The notes under the pieces are model-generated. The model made no database searches. It was not told the DNA's origin and saw nothing but the letters and a program-made list of their open reading frames with translations. A DNA stretch of 64,000 nt from Octopus sinensis (lineage: Eukaryota), in the NCBI RefSeq assembly GCF_006345805.1, contig NC_042999.1:136276001-136340000 (forward strand). The letters are read 5' to 3'. The first letter of the stretch is position 1. Each line of letters starts with the position of its first letter. Of this stretch, positions 1 through 11,857 are shown one piece after another. A program made the translations under genes and the position numbers.

Positions 1-442
1 GTGTATATGTGTAGTATAAGTTTATATATGTGTTGGGATTCCCCTGAGATAAGTGAACACACACACATGCATACACATATGAAGGCCCAAGGCTTAGTGA
101 TTAGGGTGTTGCACTCATGATTGCAAGATTGTGGTTTTGATTCCAAGACTGGCTGATGCATTATGTTTTTGAGCAAAACACTTCATTTTACATTGCTCTG
201 CAAAATTTCATCATCTGACATGTAGCATGTCATACACCTGTACAGTTAATGTCAGTTTGATGGAGGGAGTGAGCTTATATGAACACAAACATTTGATTAC
301 TATAAACAAATCATCTGTGTGGTTGCTCAGCAAGAAATTGCAGGAAAATCATATGTTGTCTAATGATGGGAGAGTTCATTACATATATATACAAACACAA
401 CACATGTGTGTGTATTTATGTTATATCTTTATGTATTTTGAT

Positions 443-571
443 GTGGCTGTGTAGTAAGAAGCTGGATTCCATACCACATGGTTCCAGGTTCAGTGTCTTC
501 TGCTATAGCCTCAGGTGGACCAAAGACATGTGAGTGGATTTGGTAGATGGAAATTAAAAGAAGCCCATCAA

Positions 572-621
<50 letters not shown>

Positions 622-811
622 ATGTGTGTGTGTGTGTCTTCGTGTCCATGTTTGTTCAACCCTCACAGCTTGATGACTGGATTCCCTACTACATGGTTCC
701 AGGTTCAGTCCCACTGTGTGACACCTTGGGCAAGTATCTTCTACTATAGCCTTGAGCTGACTGAAGACATATGAGTGGATTTGGTAGATGGAAACTGAAA
801 GAAGATCGTCG

Positions 812-852
<41 letters not shown>

Positions 853-1110
853 GTATATATATATACATACGCATGTCTATATCTGTGTGTGTGTGTCTTT
901 GTGTCTGTGTTTGTTCCCCCCTCACAGCTCAACAATTGGTGTTGGTGCATTTATGTCCCTATAACTTAGCAGTTTGGCAATAAAGGCCGATAGAATAGGT
1001 ACTATACTTTAAAAAAATAGTCCTGGGTTCAATTTGTTCAGCTAAAAAAATTCTTCAAGGTTGTGCTCCAGCATGGCCACAGTCAAATGACTGAAACAAG
1101 TAAAAGAATA
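443..1110 (+). mobile_element. Two adjacent family-A SINEs
   Basis: Two head segments (near 443 and 680) and one full tail. Confidence 0.75.
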
Positions 1111-1128
1111 AAAGAATGTATACATACA

Positions 1129-1161
<33 letters not shown>

Positions 1162-1352
1162 TGTTGTTGTAAGAGACAAAAAAATAGCTTCAGGAAGGGT
1201 ATCTGGCCATAAGATACTGCTTTGCAAAGACCTATCTAAAAGCAGCCAACAATAAAAATGGAGTGAAAGTTGATGATCAGGATGATGATGAGGAGGAGAA
1301 GAAAAAGCATGAGAAAAATAATGATGAAAATTATACATACATACATACATAC

Positions 1353-1404
<52 letters not shown>

Positions 1405-1639
1405 TAAACCCAATAATAAGCAGTAAAAAATGCAGTAAGTATTTTTTATTGTGATAAAATATAGATTTAGATTCTTTTCCTTTTTTTAGTTCCACATTGA
1501 GCATTTTTTCAGAATAAAAGCCAAGCTGCTGCTCAAATAACAAGTGCATGACCTGTTGCAGTTTGGATTCTAGCAAATTGATTTAAGAGTACAATGATGG
1601 TATTTTTTCAACAAAGTCCTTGGTGTGTTCAGAATATTC

Positions 1640-2070
1640 ATTTTCCACTATTGTACACACACACATATGTGCATGCGTGCACACACATTTATGTATATAA
1701 GTATGCATGTACATATGTATATGTGTGTATATGTATATGTGTATATGTGCATGAGTGTGTATATATGTATATATATATATATATATTATATATATATATA
1801 TACACACACATATATACATATATGTATATACATATTATACATATATACAAATATTTACAGATGTACATATATATATATGTACACTATATATATGCACACA
1901 TATATACATACATATATATACACACACATATGTATATACATATACACATATATACAAATATATACAGATATATATTTCTATATATGTACATTATATATAT
2001 TTTTTTTATACAGACACACACACTCACACAGACACACACACACGTGCATAAACACATACATACATATGTA
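1640..2070. repeat. Compound (TA)n/(CA)n/(TG)n microsatellite field; similar fields at 13330-13710, 14030-14530 and 37335-37650
   Basis: Directly visible; source of the Y/I/H/T/C/V-only ORFs. Confidence 0.95.
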
Positions 2071-2443
2071 TTTTTGGTCTAATCAAGCATACACTGTTTG
2101 TTGTATGGTTGTAACCTTGACTGACATTTTGGCCAATAATCTATTGTTTCTGCCAGCTTACCATGTCTTTCAATCGTAATAATCTATAGAAAATGGAAAT
2201 ATCCAATTTGATGAAGAGGCTGAACAGGAAAATACACCAGCACAAATTTTACTCAGACATCTGACATGTATTTTACACTGCGTAAACAATATATCTTCTC
2301 CAAATACTCTCTGACTATTTTACACCCATTGCTTTTCATGTTAGTACAAGAAATAGCTTCAAGAAGCTTGGAGTTCAATATTTGGCTAGAACAAAGGTTT
2401 TATGAGTGGCTGCTTGTTCTAACTCTATATTCTTTGTGATATA

Positions 2444-2670
2444 GGCGAGCTGGCAGAAACGTTAGCGCGCCGGGTGAAATGCTAAGCGGTATTTCGTCTG
2501 TCGTTACGTTCTGAGTTCAAATTCCGCCGAGGTCGACTTTGCCTTTCATCCTTTCGGGGTCGATAAATAAAGTACCAGTTACGCACTGGGGTCGTTGTAA
2601 TCAACTTAATCCCTTTGTCTGTCCTTGTTTGTCTCCTCTGTGTTTAGCCCCTTGTGGGTAGTAAAGAAAT
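2444..2670 (+). mobile_element. tRNA-derived SINE family B (Meta/MESC-like body), young copy with 16-bp TSD
   Basis: Head GGCGAGCTGGCAGAA...GAGTTCAAATT and body GCCTTTCATCCTTTCGGGGTCGATAAA..AGTACCAG. TSD TATATTCTTTGTGATA at 2426-2441 and 2672-2687. Confidence 0.85.
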
Positions 2671-3135
2671 ATATATTCTTTGTGATACAGAAGTATGATA
2701 GACTTATTCACTGTATGCTCCCACTATAGATGCAGGTATGGCTGTCTGGTAAGAAGCTTGCTTTCCAACCACATTGTTCCAGGTTCAGTCCCACTGAGTG
2801 ACACCTTGTGCAAGTGTCTTCTACTATAGCCTTGTGCTGATCAAAGCCTTTTGAGTGGATTCAGTAGATAGAAACTGAAAGAAACCCTTCATACCATCAT
2901 CATCATCATCATCATTTAGCGTCTGTTTTCCATGCTGCCATAGGTTGGACAGTGTGACTGAAAACTGGTAAGCTGGGGAGCTGCACCAGGTTCCATTGTC
3001 TGTTTTGGCATGGTTTCTACAGCTGGATGCTCTTCCTAATGCCAACCACTTCACAGAGTATATATCTGTGTTCTTTGTGTGTGTTTGTCTCCACTCCACT
3101 GCTTGACAACTGGTGTTAGCATGTTTATGTCAGCA

Positions 3136-3208
3136 GAGCTTGTGGTGCAATGGATAACATTTCTGAATATGGATAAAAAGATTCCAGGTTCGAATCCTGG
3201 CAAGCTCA
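3136..3208 (+). pseudogene. tRNA-Arg(ACG)-derived pseudogene, anticodon decayed to ATG
   Basis: 73 nt. Acceptor stem GAGCTTG/CAAGCTC and T arm CCAGG-TTCGAAT-CCTGG are perfect. Body follows the eukaryotic tRNA-Arg(ACG) pattern GTGGCGCAATGGATAACGCGTCTGACTACGGATCAGAAGATTCCAGGTTCGA. Anticodon stem has two mismatches (TCTGA/TAAAA). Confidence 0.85.
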
Positions 3209-3286
3209 TATTCATTTTATTTTGATGATGAGCCTGTTAACAGGGATTTCAATTCATAGAGTATCAGGGTATGATATAATATTTGA

Positions 3287-3321
<35 letters not shown>

Positions 3322-4126
3322 GGTTTCTCTCAGTTTCTGTCAACCAAATCTGCACACAAGGATTTGGTTGGCCTGGGGCTATAGTAAAAGACACTTGCTC
3401 AAGATGCTGTGCAGTGGACCGAACCCCAACTATGTGGCTGCAAATTATTATTTGCTTCTACAATTTATTCCTATTTAGTTTCCTTACCTGCTGCCTGTAT
3501 CTAATTCAACTGGCCACTAACCTGTTCAGCCTCTAATTTTCATTTTTTTTTTTTATTTTTAATTTCATACATTTCTTTCTCATCTTACTATATCCCTTTG
3601 ACTCCCCATCCAACTCTACACCTTTCCCCCCCCTTCCTCTTAGTAACCTCCTTTTCCTGCCCTTGCATTTTGCCTTTTACATTCTCAGTTTAATTCTAGT
3701 GATGTTGTCAGCTTTAACTTTCATCTTTCTGGCATTATCAAAACAAGTAGCAATCATATATCGAAATGATTACCCACTGTCAATTTTGTGATCTTTTACT
3801 TGTGTTAGAAATTGTTGTTGTTTTCATCATCATCATCCTCATCATCATTACCATCATTATTATTTTTCTGAAGTTGATTTTGCTTTTCATCTTTCTGCGG
3901 TTCATAAAAATAAATACCAGTAAAGTACTGCAGTTAATTTGATCAATGTCCCTCTCCTAAAATTTACGTCCTTGTGCCTATGTTAGTAATCAATTTTAAT
4001 ACCGTTATTATCATCATTCAATTAAAGAGATCAATATAAGCAACTATACCACAAATTGGTGGTCTTGTGTCTATGGCAGAAACCATCATTACTATTAAAT
4101 GTGCAAGAAATTATTATCATTATTAA

Positions 4127-5613
4127 GGCGACGAGCTGGCAAAATCATTAGCATGCCAGGTGAAATACTTAGCAGCATTCAACCATCTTTAAGTTCTGAG
4201 TTCAAATTCTGCCAGAGTTGACTTTTCCTGTCCTTTTGGGGTCAATAAAATAAGTACTAGTGGAGCATTGGAATTGGTGTAATTGACTTATCCCTTCCCT
4301 CAAATTTCAGGCCCTGTGTCTAGAGTAGAAAGGATTATTATTACCTCCACCTTAGCGAAGGTGGAGGAATTGTTTTCAGACATGTTGATTTGTTTGTTTG
4401 TCCATGGATAAAATATCTCAAGAACCACTGAATGGATTCAGATGAAACTATCAGAGATATTTGGCCTCGTGACTGGCACAAACTGATTAGATTTTTGGAT
4501 CAATCTGGTGTCGGACAAGGATTCTGGATTATTTGTTATATTTACTTTACATGAAGTATTACAATCTTAGGTTAACTTTCAAGTCTTTCTCTGATTATCT
4601 TCCTTGAAAGCACACTCATGGTTTCCACGTAAGTTATGGCAGCATTGCTGTTTCCAAAGTTTTATTTTCATTTCTCTATTATTAATTTTACTCGTGTTTT
4701 TATCTTAGTGGAAACTGATGGATAAAGAAATCAAACTACATAAACAAACAGCAGCAAAACCATTCAGAAATGAAATAACACTAACATATTCAGTAACAAT
4801 AATAGATTTAATTTATTCTTGATAGTTTTTAGTTTTACTAATTTTGAATATATCACTCCTGTTTAAAACCTTTTACCTACTTGACAATCGCATTTCTAGC
4901 TCTGCCTTAGAGGAAGCTTTACTTCTTGGACTCAGATTTTTGTGTGCAACGATGTTGTTAAATCTCTGTTAACAGCACTGTATGCAGGTCCTTTCCATTT
5001 TCTTTCATGCATGGATAAATTTTTCTCTATAGATGACACACACACAGCATTACAAACACAGCTCACACACCCACCTTCACATTCCATGACTACCATTGGG
5101 ATTGATCAGGTATGGGACAAAGATTCTGGATTATTTTTCTGGGTTTTTTTACTTAATTTTTGAGAGCAGCTGGGTTCCTTTTTAGTATTCTTGTTTGTGA
5201 GAGCAGTTAAGTTTATTTCAGATATTCACATTTTAAAAATCATCTCTGGTTAATCATTGAAAGGATGTTGGTGTTGCCTTGGTGGAGGTTTGCACTCTCT
5301 GGGTGCTCTTGTTATAATTATTAAGGTGACAAGCTAGAAGAATCATTAGCATGCTAGACAAGATGCATAGCAGCATTTTGTCTGTTTTTATGTTCTGAGT
5401 TCAAATTTTGCTGAGGTCCACTTTGCCTTTCATCTTTTTGGAGTCAATGACATAATGTATTAGTTAAGAACTGGGATCAATATAATTAATTAGCCCTACC
5501 ACTACACCGAATTTCAGGCCTTGTGTCTAGTGGTTATTAAGGCGGTGAAATGGGGTTGAAGTAATTGACTTAAACCCTCCCCCTAAACTTGCTGGCCTTG
5601 TGCCAAAATTTGA

Positions 5614-5669
<56 letters not shown>

Positions 5670-6540
5670 TAATGATAATAATAATAATAATAGTCGTTGT
5701 TATTATTTAAGTTGGTGAGCTGACAGAATCATTAGTTCACTGGTTGACTTTACTTTTCATCCTTTTGGGGGTTGATAAATTAAGTACCAGTGAAACACTG
5801 GGGTTGATGTAATTGATTTATCCCCTGCCCCAAAATGGCTGCCCTTGTGGCAAAATCCTCATCATTATTATTATTACTTAAGACAGTGAGCTGGCAGAAT
5901 TGTTAGTTTGCTGGATAAAATGCTAAGCGGTATCTTGACCGTCGCTCCGTTCTGAGTTCAAATTCATCAAGGCTGACTTTGCCGATCATCCTTTTGGGGT
6001 TGATAATTTAAGTACCAGTGAAACACTGGAGTCAAAATAATTGACTAGTTCCCTCCCCCAAAATTTCAGGCCTTGTGCCTTTAGTAGAAAGGATTATTAC
6101 TATTATTGACTTGTTAGAATTAATAGAATGTTAGACAAAATACTTTGTAGCATGTGTTCCTGGTGCTTCATATTCTCAGTTCAAATCTTGCCAAGGTCAA
6201 CTTTGACTGTTATCTTTCCAGGTTTGATAAAATAAAGTGCCAATCAAGAAGCAGTAATGTATTTGACTATTCCTCTCCCTTCAAAATTAGCAGCATTTTC
6301 CTTAAATTAGAAACAACTGAGGGTGGTGGAATGACAGAATTGTTACAACATTGGGAAAAATACTTCGCAGTACTTGTTGCTACTCTATACATTTTGAGTT
6401 CAAATAACACTGTGGTCAACTTTGGTTGTCACCCTTATGAAGTACCAGTCAAGTACTAGGATCAATGCTAATGGAATAACCTGCTTCTCCTCAAAAATTC
6501 TAGTCTTGTGTCTAAACTAGAAACAATTATTATTATTGCT
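4127..6540 (+). mobile_element. Cluster of about 7 older family-B SINE copies separated by (ATT)n/(AAT)n
   Basis: Copies or fragments begin near 4127, 5322, 5540, 5710, 5880, 6140 and 6330, all on the plus strand. Further copies lie near 22070, 47105, 49620 (minus) and 61945 (possibly mixed orientation). Confidence 0.75.
4340..5313 (+). mobile_element. Probable non-autonomous Helentron-type (HINE-like) element
   Basis: 5' end TTACCTCCACCTTAGCGAAGGTGGAGG (10-bp hairpin) followed by GTTT repeats. 3' end CCTTGGTGGAGGTTTGCACTCTCTGGGTGCTCTTGTT with a subterminal inverted match to the 5' end. No TSD. Confidence 0.55.
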
Positions 6541-6554
6541 GTAGTTATCTTTTA

Positions 6555-7325
6555 TCTTTTATTTGTTACTGGTTTCAGTCATTGGACTGTGGCCATGTTG
6601 GAGCTCTGGCTTGAAGAATTTTTAGTTGAATAAACTGACCCCAGGACTTTTTTCTTTTTTTTTTTTAAAGTTTGGTACATATTCTATCGGTCTCTTTGGC
6701 CAAACCACAAGTTATGGAAATATATACACACCAATACCAATTGTCAAGCAGTAGGTGGGAGAAACAAACACAGACACAAAGATACACACAGACACACACA
6801 CACATATGACAGGCTTTATTCAGTTTCCTTCTACCATATCCACTCACGTGGTTTTGGTCAGCCTGAAGCTATAGTAGAAGACACTTGCCCACGGTGTCAC
6901 ACAGTGAGACTGAACCTGGAACCATGTGGTTGGGAAGCAAACTTCTTACCACATCTTTTATCCTTTACTGTTTCAGTCGCTAGGCTGCTGCCATGCTGGG
7001 GCACCACCTTGAAGAATTTTTAGTTGAATAAATCAACCCCAGTACTTTCATTCTGTTTTTTAAGCCTGGTACTTATTCTATTAGTCTTTTTTGCTGAACT
7101 GCTAAGTTATGGGGATGTAAGCATACCAAAACTGACATAAAGACACACATACACATATATATGAAGGACGTCTCTCAGATTCCATCTACCAAATCCACTC
7201 ACAAGGCTTTGGTTGACCCAAGGATATACTAGATGACACTCAGCCAAGGTGCTACACAGTGGGACTGAACCCAGAACCATGTGGTTAAGAAACAAGCTTC
7301 TTACCACACAATCACACCTGCCTCC
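6555..7325 (-). mobile_element. Two tandem family-A SINEs
   Basis: Reverse-complement matches at about 6555-6955 and 6958-7325. Confidence 0.75.
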
Positions 7326-7499
7326 TTGTTGAAAAGTCCTTAATATTGTTCTTAGTACCATTATTATTCAGCTATATAAACGATAAGTACACTGCACTCC
7401 AGTTTTTTAGCTTGTACAGAACCTCAGCTATCTATAGAGAATAAAAGAAATGGACGGACTACTTTTGATAGCAATGGCTATTAAATCTAATATAGGACG

Positions 7500-7710
7500 A
7501 AGCTTGATATCAAGAATAACATCATATATATTTGGACAGATATATTGAATATCATTGAATGTATAATAAGAGATATTGAAATATAGAAAAGCTTTGAGTA
7601 TATGTGCTTGGACATATTGAATAGCCTCAAATGTATATAGCTGTACAAACATATTAAATAGAATCATACAGAGCTGGAGATATTGAATAACATCAAATAT
7701 ATATGTCATA
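7500..7710. repeat. Degenerate ~33 bp minisatellite
   Basis: Recurring GA(C/G)ATATTGAATA..ATCAAAT.TATA units near 7519, 7551, 7611, 7648 and 7677. Confidence 0.5.
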
Positions 7711-8632
7711 AAACATTATAATTATTATTATTATTATCATTATTATTATTATTATTATTATTATATTATTATTATTATTATTATTAAGGTGATGATGATG
7801 GTGATCTACATGGACATATATTCTAGAATACAGTTAATTTTCGATGCATGCATATGCGTGAGTGCTTGTAAGTATAGTAAGCTGACCATTCTGTACTTAT
7901 TTTTCAGGAGAGATTTACTGGATAGCTCAACTTCATGCTAGAGTTTAAATAAAATGGCAAATAAGAAAAAGTTGTCACAGCATTGGATAAAATGCCTTGT
8001 GGTATTTGTTCCAGTTCTCTCTACACACACACACTGACTGCAAATTCTGCTAAGATCAACTTTGCCTTTCATCCTTTAACATTAATAAAGTACCCTGGGA
8101 CCAATTTCTCTTTCTTCTCTTTTATCTCTCACACATGCACATGCGCATTCACACACACACACACACACAATCTCTCTCTTTCTCTCTCCCTCTCCCTCTC
8201 ATTCTCTCTCAGAATTGACAATAGCTGACAAGATAATGTGTTTTTAAAAAATAACATCCGGAGGAAGGCAATGGGAAAACCCCATTCCATATTCTTCCAC
8301 AAAAATTCTATGACAAGAGCACTGTGTTGTTAAGAAAGCCACAAGTGGTAATTCATCAACTAAAGGGAAGAGTATAAATGAATTTTGCAATAATACACTC
8401 AGTTAACATTTTAGCATTCAAACAGGCCAAATTCAACCTAAATATTCTACCTGTTTTATATTCAAACTAGTCGGATCTGGCCTCTCACACTAACCCTACA
8501 ATGTCATTCTAAATATAATCAATTTCATCATCAAAATCTCAAAGCTATGAGGTAATGCAAAATTAATTTTTAAAATGTGTAAATAATAAGTAATACATTA
8601 GAGAGACTAATTTGTATGCTAAAAGGTTAAAT

Positions 8633-9247
8633 CAGTGGTTCTCAACCACTTTTTACCTACAGACCCCTTTCATTACTATTTTATTCTGGTAGACTCCATA
8701 GCCATTTGATGTTTTAAAAACTAGTTTTATAGATACTTCTTTCAAAATTCCTATTTTGTTTTTCACACGTTCACCTGCATATATTAGCAAGAAACATGTT
8801 CAACTGTTAAGTGTTAGAGAAAGAAACCTAGTTGTTTCTTGCAATAAATGATGATGATGATGATTTAAATTTTAGTGACTTTTCTCCAAAATTATATATC
8901 TTGATGTAGATCAGTGATTCTCACCTGTTTTTTTTGTTACTTCTTTGATTACTATTTTGCTCTAGTGGACTCCCATTGCTACTTGAAGTTCAAAACCTAA
9001 TTTTACAGATACTTCTTTCAAAATTTCTGTTATGTTTTTCACACATTAACTTGTGTAGGTGGAACTATGTAAAACATTAGAGAAAAAAAACAAGTTGTTT
9101 TTTGCAATAAATACATCTAAGGCAAAAATTTTCATGGACCCTTAAAATAATAATGTGGATCCCTAAATTACTATTTTGCTTGCATGGCCCACCAAAAGTC
9201 TTATATGAACCTCCAGGGGCTATATGGACCTTGGTTGAAAACCACTA
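8633..9247 (+). mobile_element. Non-autonomous hAT (Charlie-like) element with duplicated left half
   Basis: TIRs CAGTGGTTCTCAACC / GGTTGAAAACCACTA, 8-bp TSD GGTTAAAT / GGTCAAAT, and a second left end at 8912. Confidence 0.7.
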
Positions 9248-9281
9248 GGTCAAATGATAAAAAATGATAAATTGTGATTAC

Positions 9282-9513
9282 CTGAGACTTCACCCTTTTC
9301 TGCTTTTGCTTGATTCACCTCTGACACATAGCCAATAGCCAGCATAGCCACTGCCAGAATGAAGATTGGTGCACTGAGTGAGCCAGCAGAAGAACAGAGA
9401 TGAAGCACAAACAATACCCATACAGGAATGGATAAATATTGTAGCTGTTTGTTGTTTTCTGGTTTCCAGTACAATGCTATCATTATGACATAGCCCAGTA
9501 CGACAGTCCATAT
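9282..9513 (-). CDS. TMEM245: Internal coding exon of transmembrane protein 245 (232 bp, phase 0 to phase 1)
   Basis: Acceptor tttctatttcttctgtcag|ATA and donor TCAG|gtaatc. Translation IWTVVLGYVIMIALYWKPENNKQLQYLSIPVWVLFVLHLCSSAGSLSAPIFILAVAMLAIGYVSEVNQAKAEKGEVS matches the recalled vertebrate TMEM245 segment IWTLVVGYVLTVSFKW...[28 protein letters not shown]. Flanking exons were not located. Confidence 0.85.
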
Positions 9514-9950
9514 CTGACAGAAGAAATAGAAACACTTTTTAAATATTTAGAATATATGAATTTAAAAACATAGGTAAGATAATGAAAATGCTTGAGAAAA
9601 TATTTCATGAATATGAAAAATGTATCGATTGGCAAGAGATGCAAAAAAATGTGTACAACATGGGACCTGGAGGTTAAGAAAACATGGATAAATATGGAAA
9701 ACATGGGCGTTAAGAGAATACAGATGAATAAGAAGAATATGTGAACAAGGCATTCAGAAATAGTAGATAAATATGGTAGACATGTAGGCAAGATATTAAC
9801 ATGGTTGCTAGGAAGCTTGCATCCCAACCATGTGATCTTGGGTTCAGTCCCACTCTGCTGCAGCTTGGGCAAATGTCTTCCACCTAAAGCCTTGTGAGTA
9901 GATTTGGTAGACATAAGCTGTAAGAAGTCTGTCATATATGTGCATATATG

Positions 9951-10011
<61 letters not shown>

Positions 10012-10144
10012 TGCACCACCTTGGAAAGTTTTAGTTAAACAAATCGACCCCAGTACTCTTTAGGTGAACTGCTAAGTTAGGGGATATAAACAAACCAATA
10101 CCAGTTGTCAAGTGGTAGCGGTGGGATGACAAACACAGAATCAA

Positions 10145-10179
<35 letters not shown>

Positions 10180-11153
10180 GAGATGCATATACGTGATGGA
10201 CTGCCATAGTTTCTGTCAAAATTCATTCACAAGGCATTGGTCAGCCTGGGCTGTAGTATAAGACCCTTACCCAAGGAGCCATGCAGAGAGACTGAACCCA
10301 ATACATATGGCTGCAAAGTGAGCTTCTTAACCACGTAGCTAACTCTGCACCTGTACATACAGCCATCACTGTACCTGTATAAAGTAATATGAACTATAAT
10401 ATAATGTAATTTCAGCTTCACCCAACACCCTACCTAATATCATTGCTAAAGTAATATAAACTACAGACTTTTCTTGTGGTTACTTATAGCTTCTAGGCAA
10501 ACTTGCAGTCATCAGACTGCACCATATAACCATATCTAAAACATGCAACTGTAAAAAGAAAGAGTTGGTCATGGCTGAGCCATCTTTGATCATAGGTTGC
10601 CTTGATCAAGGCTGACACTGGGCTAAACAACAATACCATCACAATCACCTTCACTACCAGCGACACCCACACCATCCACCTCACTTACTGCCTTCCTGAT
10701 CACTTTAATCACCAAGCAATTAACTGTATATTTAATACAGCCATCAGTCTTCACTTGTAGACTTTCACAATATCACTGATGTTTCTCAAGAGTTTTCTCA
10801 TCCCAAAGTCTCGCTAATTCTTTGGATTCCTTTGTTTCCGTTAATTAAATATATGACACACAATATATGAAAAGTGATCAATCTTGCAACAAAATCTTCA
10901 TTGCCTTTGTTTGTGCATATTTATAACATATGTGTGTGTGTGGGGGGGGGGGTATTTGAAAACATGTGATCAAGTGGTTCGAGTGTTGCAGCTATACTTT
11001 TATTTGTTTCAGTCACTTGATTGCAGCCATGCTGGAGCAGCATCTGTAGTCAAACAAATCGACCCCAGTACTTATTCTATCAGTCTCTCTCTCTTTCTCT
11101 CTTTCAGTTTCCATCTACCAAATCCACTCACAAGGCTTTGGTTCTGAACTCAT

Positions 11154-11318
11154 TAGCCGTTGACCACCACCTCAGCCACGTGTGTAACACACGGACACAC
11201 ATACGGCAACCGCGACCGTGTGGTCATTACCGCCGCTTGTCCAATTGCGCTTTCTGCCTCACTGCCATCGAGTGTGTGTGTCCGTGTGTTACGCATGTGG
11301 CTAGGCAGCGGTCGGCTA
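11154..11318. mobile_element. 165 bp MITE with about 50 bp imperfect TIRs and 4-bp TSD
   Basis: TAGCCG...GTAACACACGGACACACA / TGTGTGTCCGTGTGTTAC...CGGCTA, with TCAT on both sides. Confidence 0.7.
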
Positions 11319-11483
11319 TCATCTTAAAAAGAAGGTTGTAAAATTCACAGTATATTTAGAAAAAGATAGTATGATTATAGCTGGAATGCCATTGTTCATA
11401 AGTCTGCTCAAAATGCACTGACCTGGGGTTAAACAGCAGCTACAAAAATCCATGTATAGATACCTATATCTATATGAATGCAT

Positions 11484-11632
11484 CTTTACACTATTTACAT
11501 TTGACAGATATTTGTCCACATCCTGTTTGTTGTTAACACGTTTCGGCTGATATACCCTCCAGCCTTCATCAGGTGTCTTGGGGAAATTTCGAACCTGGGT
11601 TCTCATTCCTAAGGTATTTTTCGATGTTGTTG

Positions 11633-11674
<42 letters not shown>

Positions 11675-11745
11675 TCACTGCTTGTAATCGAACTTGGAAT
11701 CTTGGGGTTAGTAGCCTGTGCTCTTAAGCACTACGCCATATGTCC
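11484..11745 (-). mobile_element. tRNA-headed SINE carrying a hammerhead ribozyme motif
   Basis: Head GGACATATGGCGTAGTGCTT...AGTTCGATT (A and B boxes), then (AAT)n, then ACAC-CTGATGA-A-GGCTG-(10 nt)-CAGCC-GAAAC-GTGT. Confidence 0.75.
11536..11576 (-). ncRNA. Minimal type I hammerhead ribozyme motif (cleavage triplet missing in this copy)
   Basis: Canonical CUGAUGA core plus an extra A, a 5-bp stem II, GAAA, and stem I ACAC/GUGU. The G-U-H between GAAAC and stem I is absent. Confidence 0.7.
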
Positions 11746-11857
11746 ATCAAATGTAAATAATGTTAATAATGTACATAATTCCTCATCTCTTAAATATAGA
11801 ACTTACCACCCATATTATTTGTGTGTGTGTGTGTGTGTATGTATATATATAAATATA

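Noticed and set aside
2188-2438. Open plus-strand frame (NGNIQFDEEAEQENT...)
   Set aside because: Weak splice signals and no recognisable homology; it cannot be supported.
7500-7710. Regularly spaced repeats resembling a CRISPR array
   Set aside because: Units are degenerate and adjacent without unique spacers, in a eukaryotic context with no cas genes.
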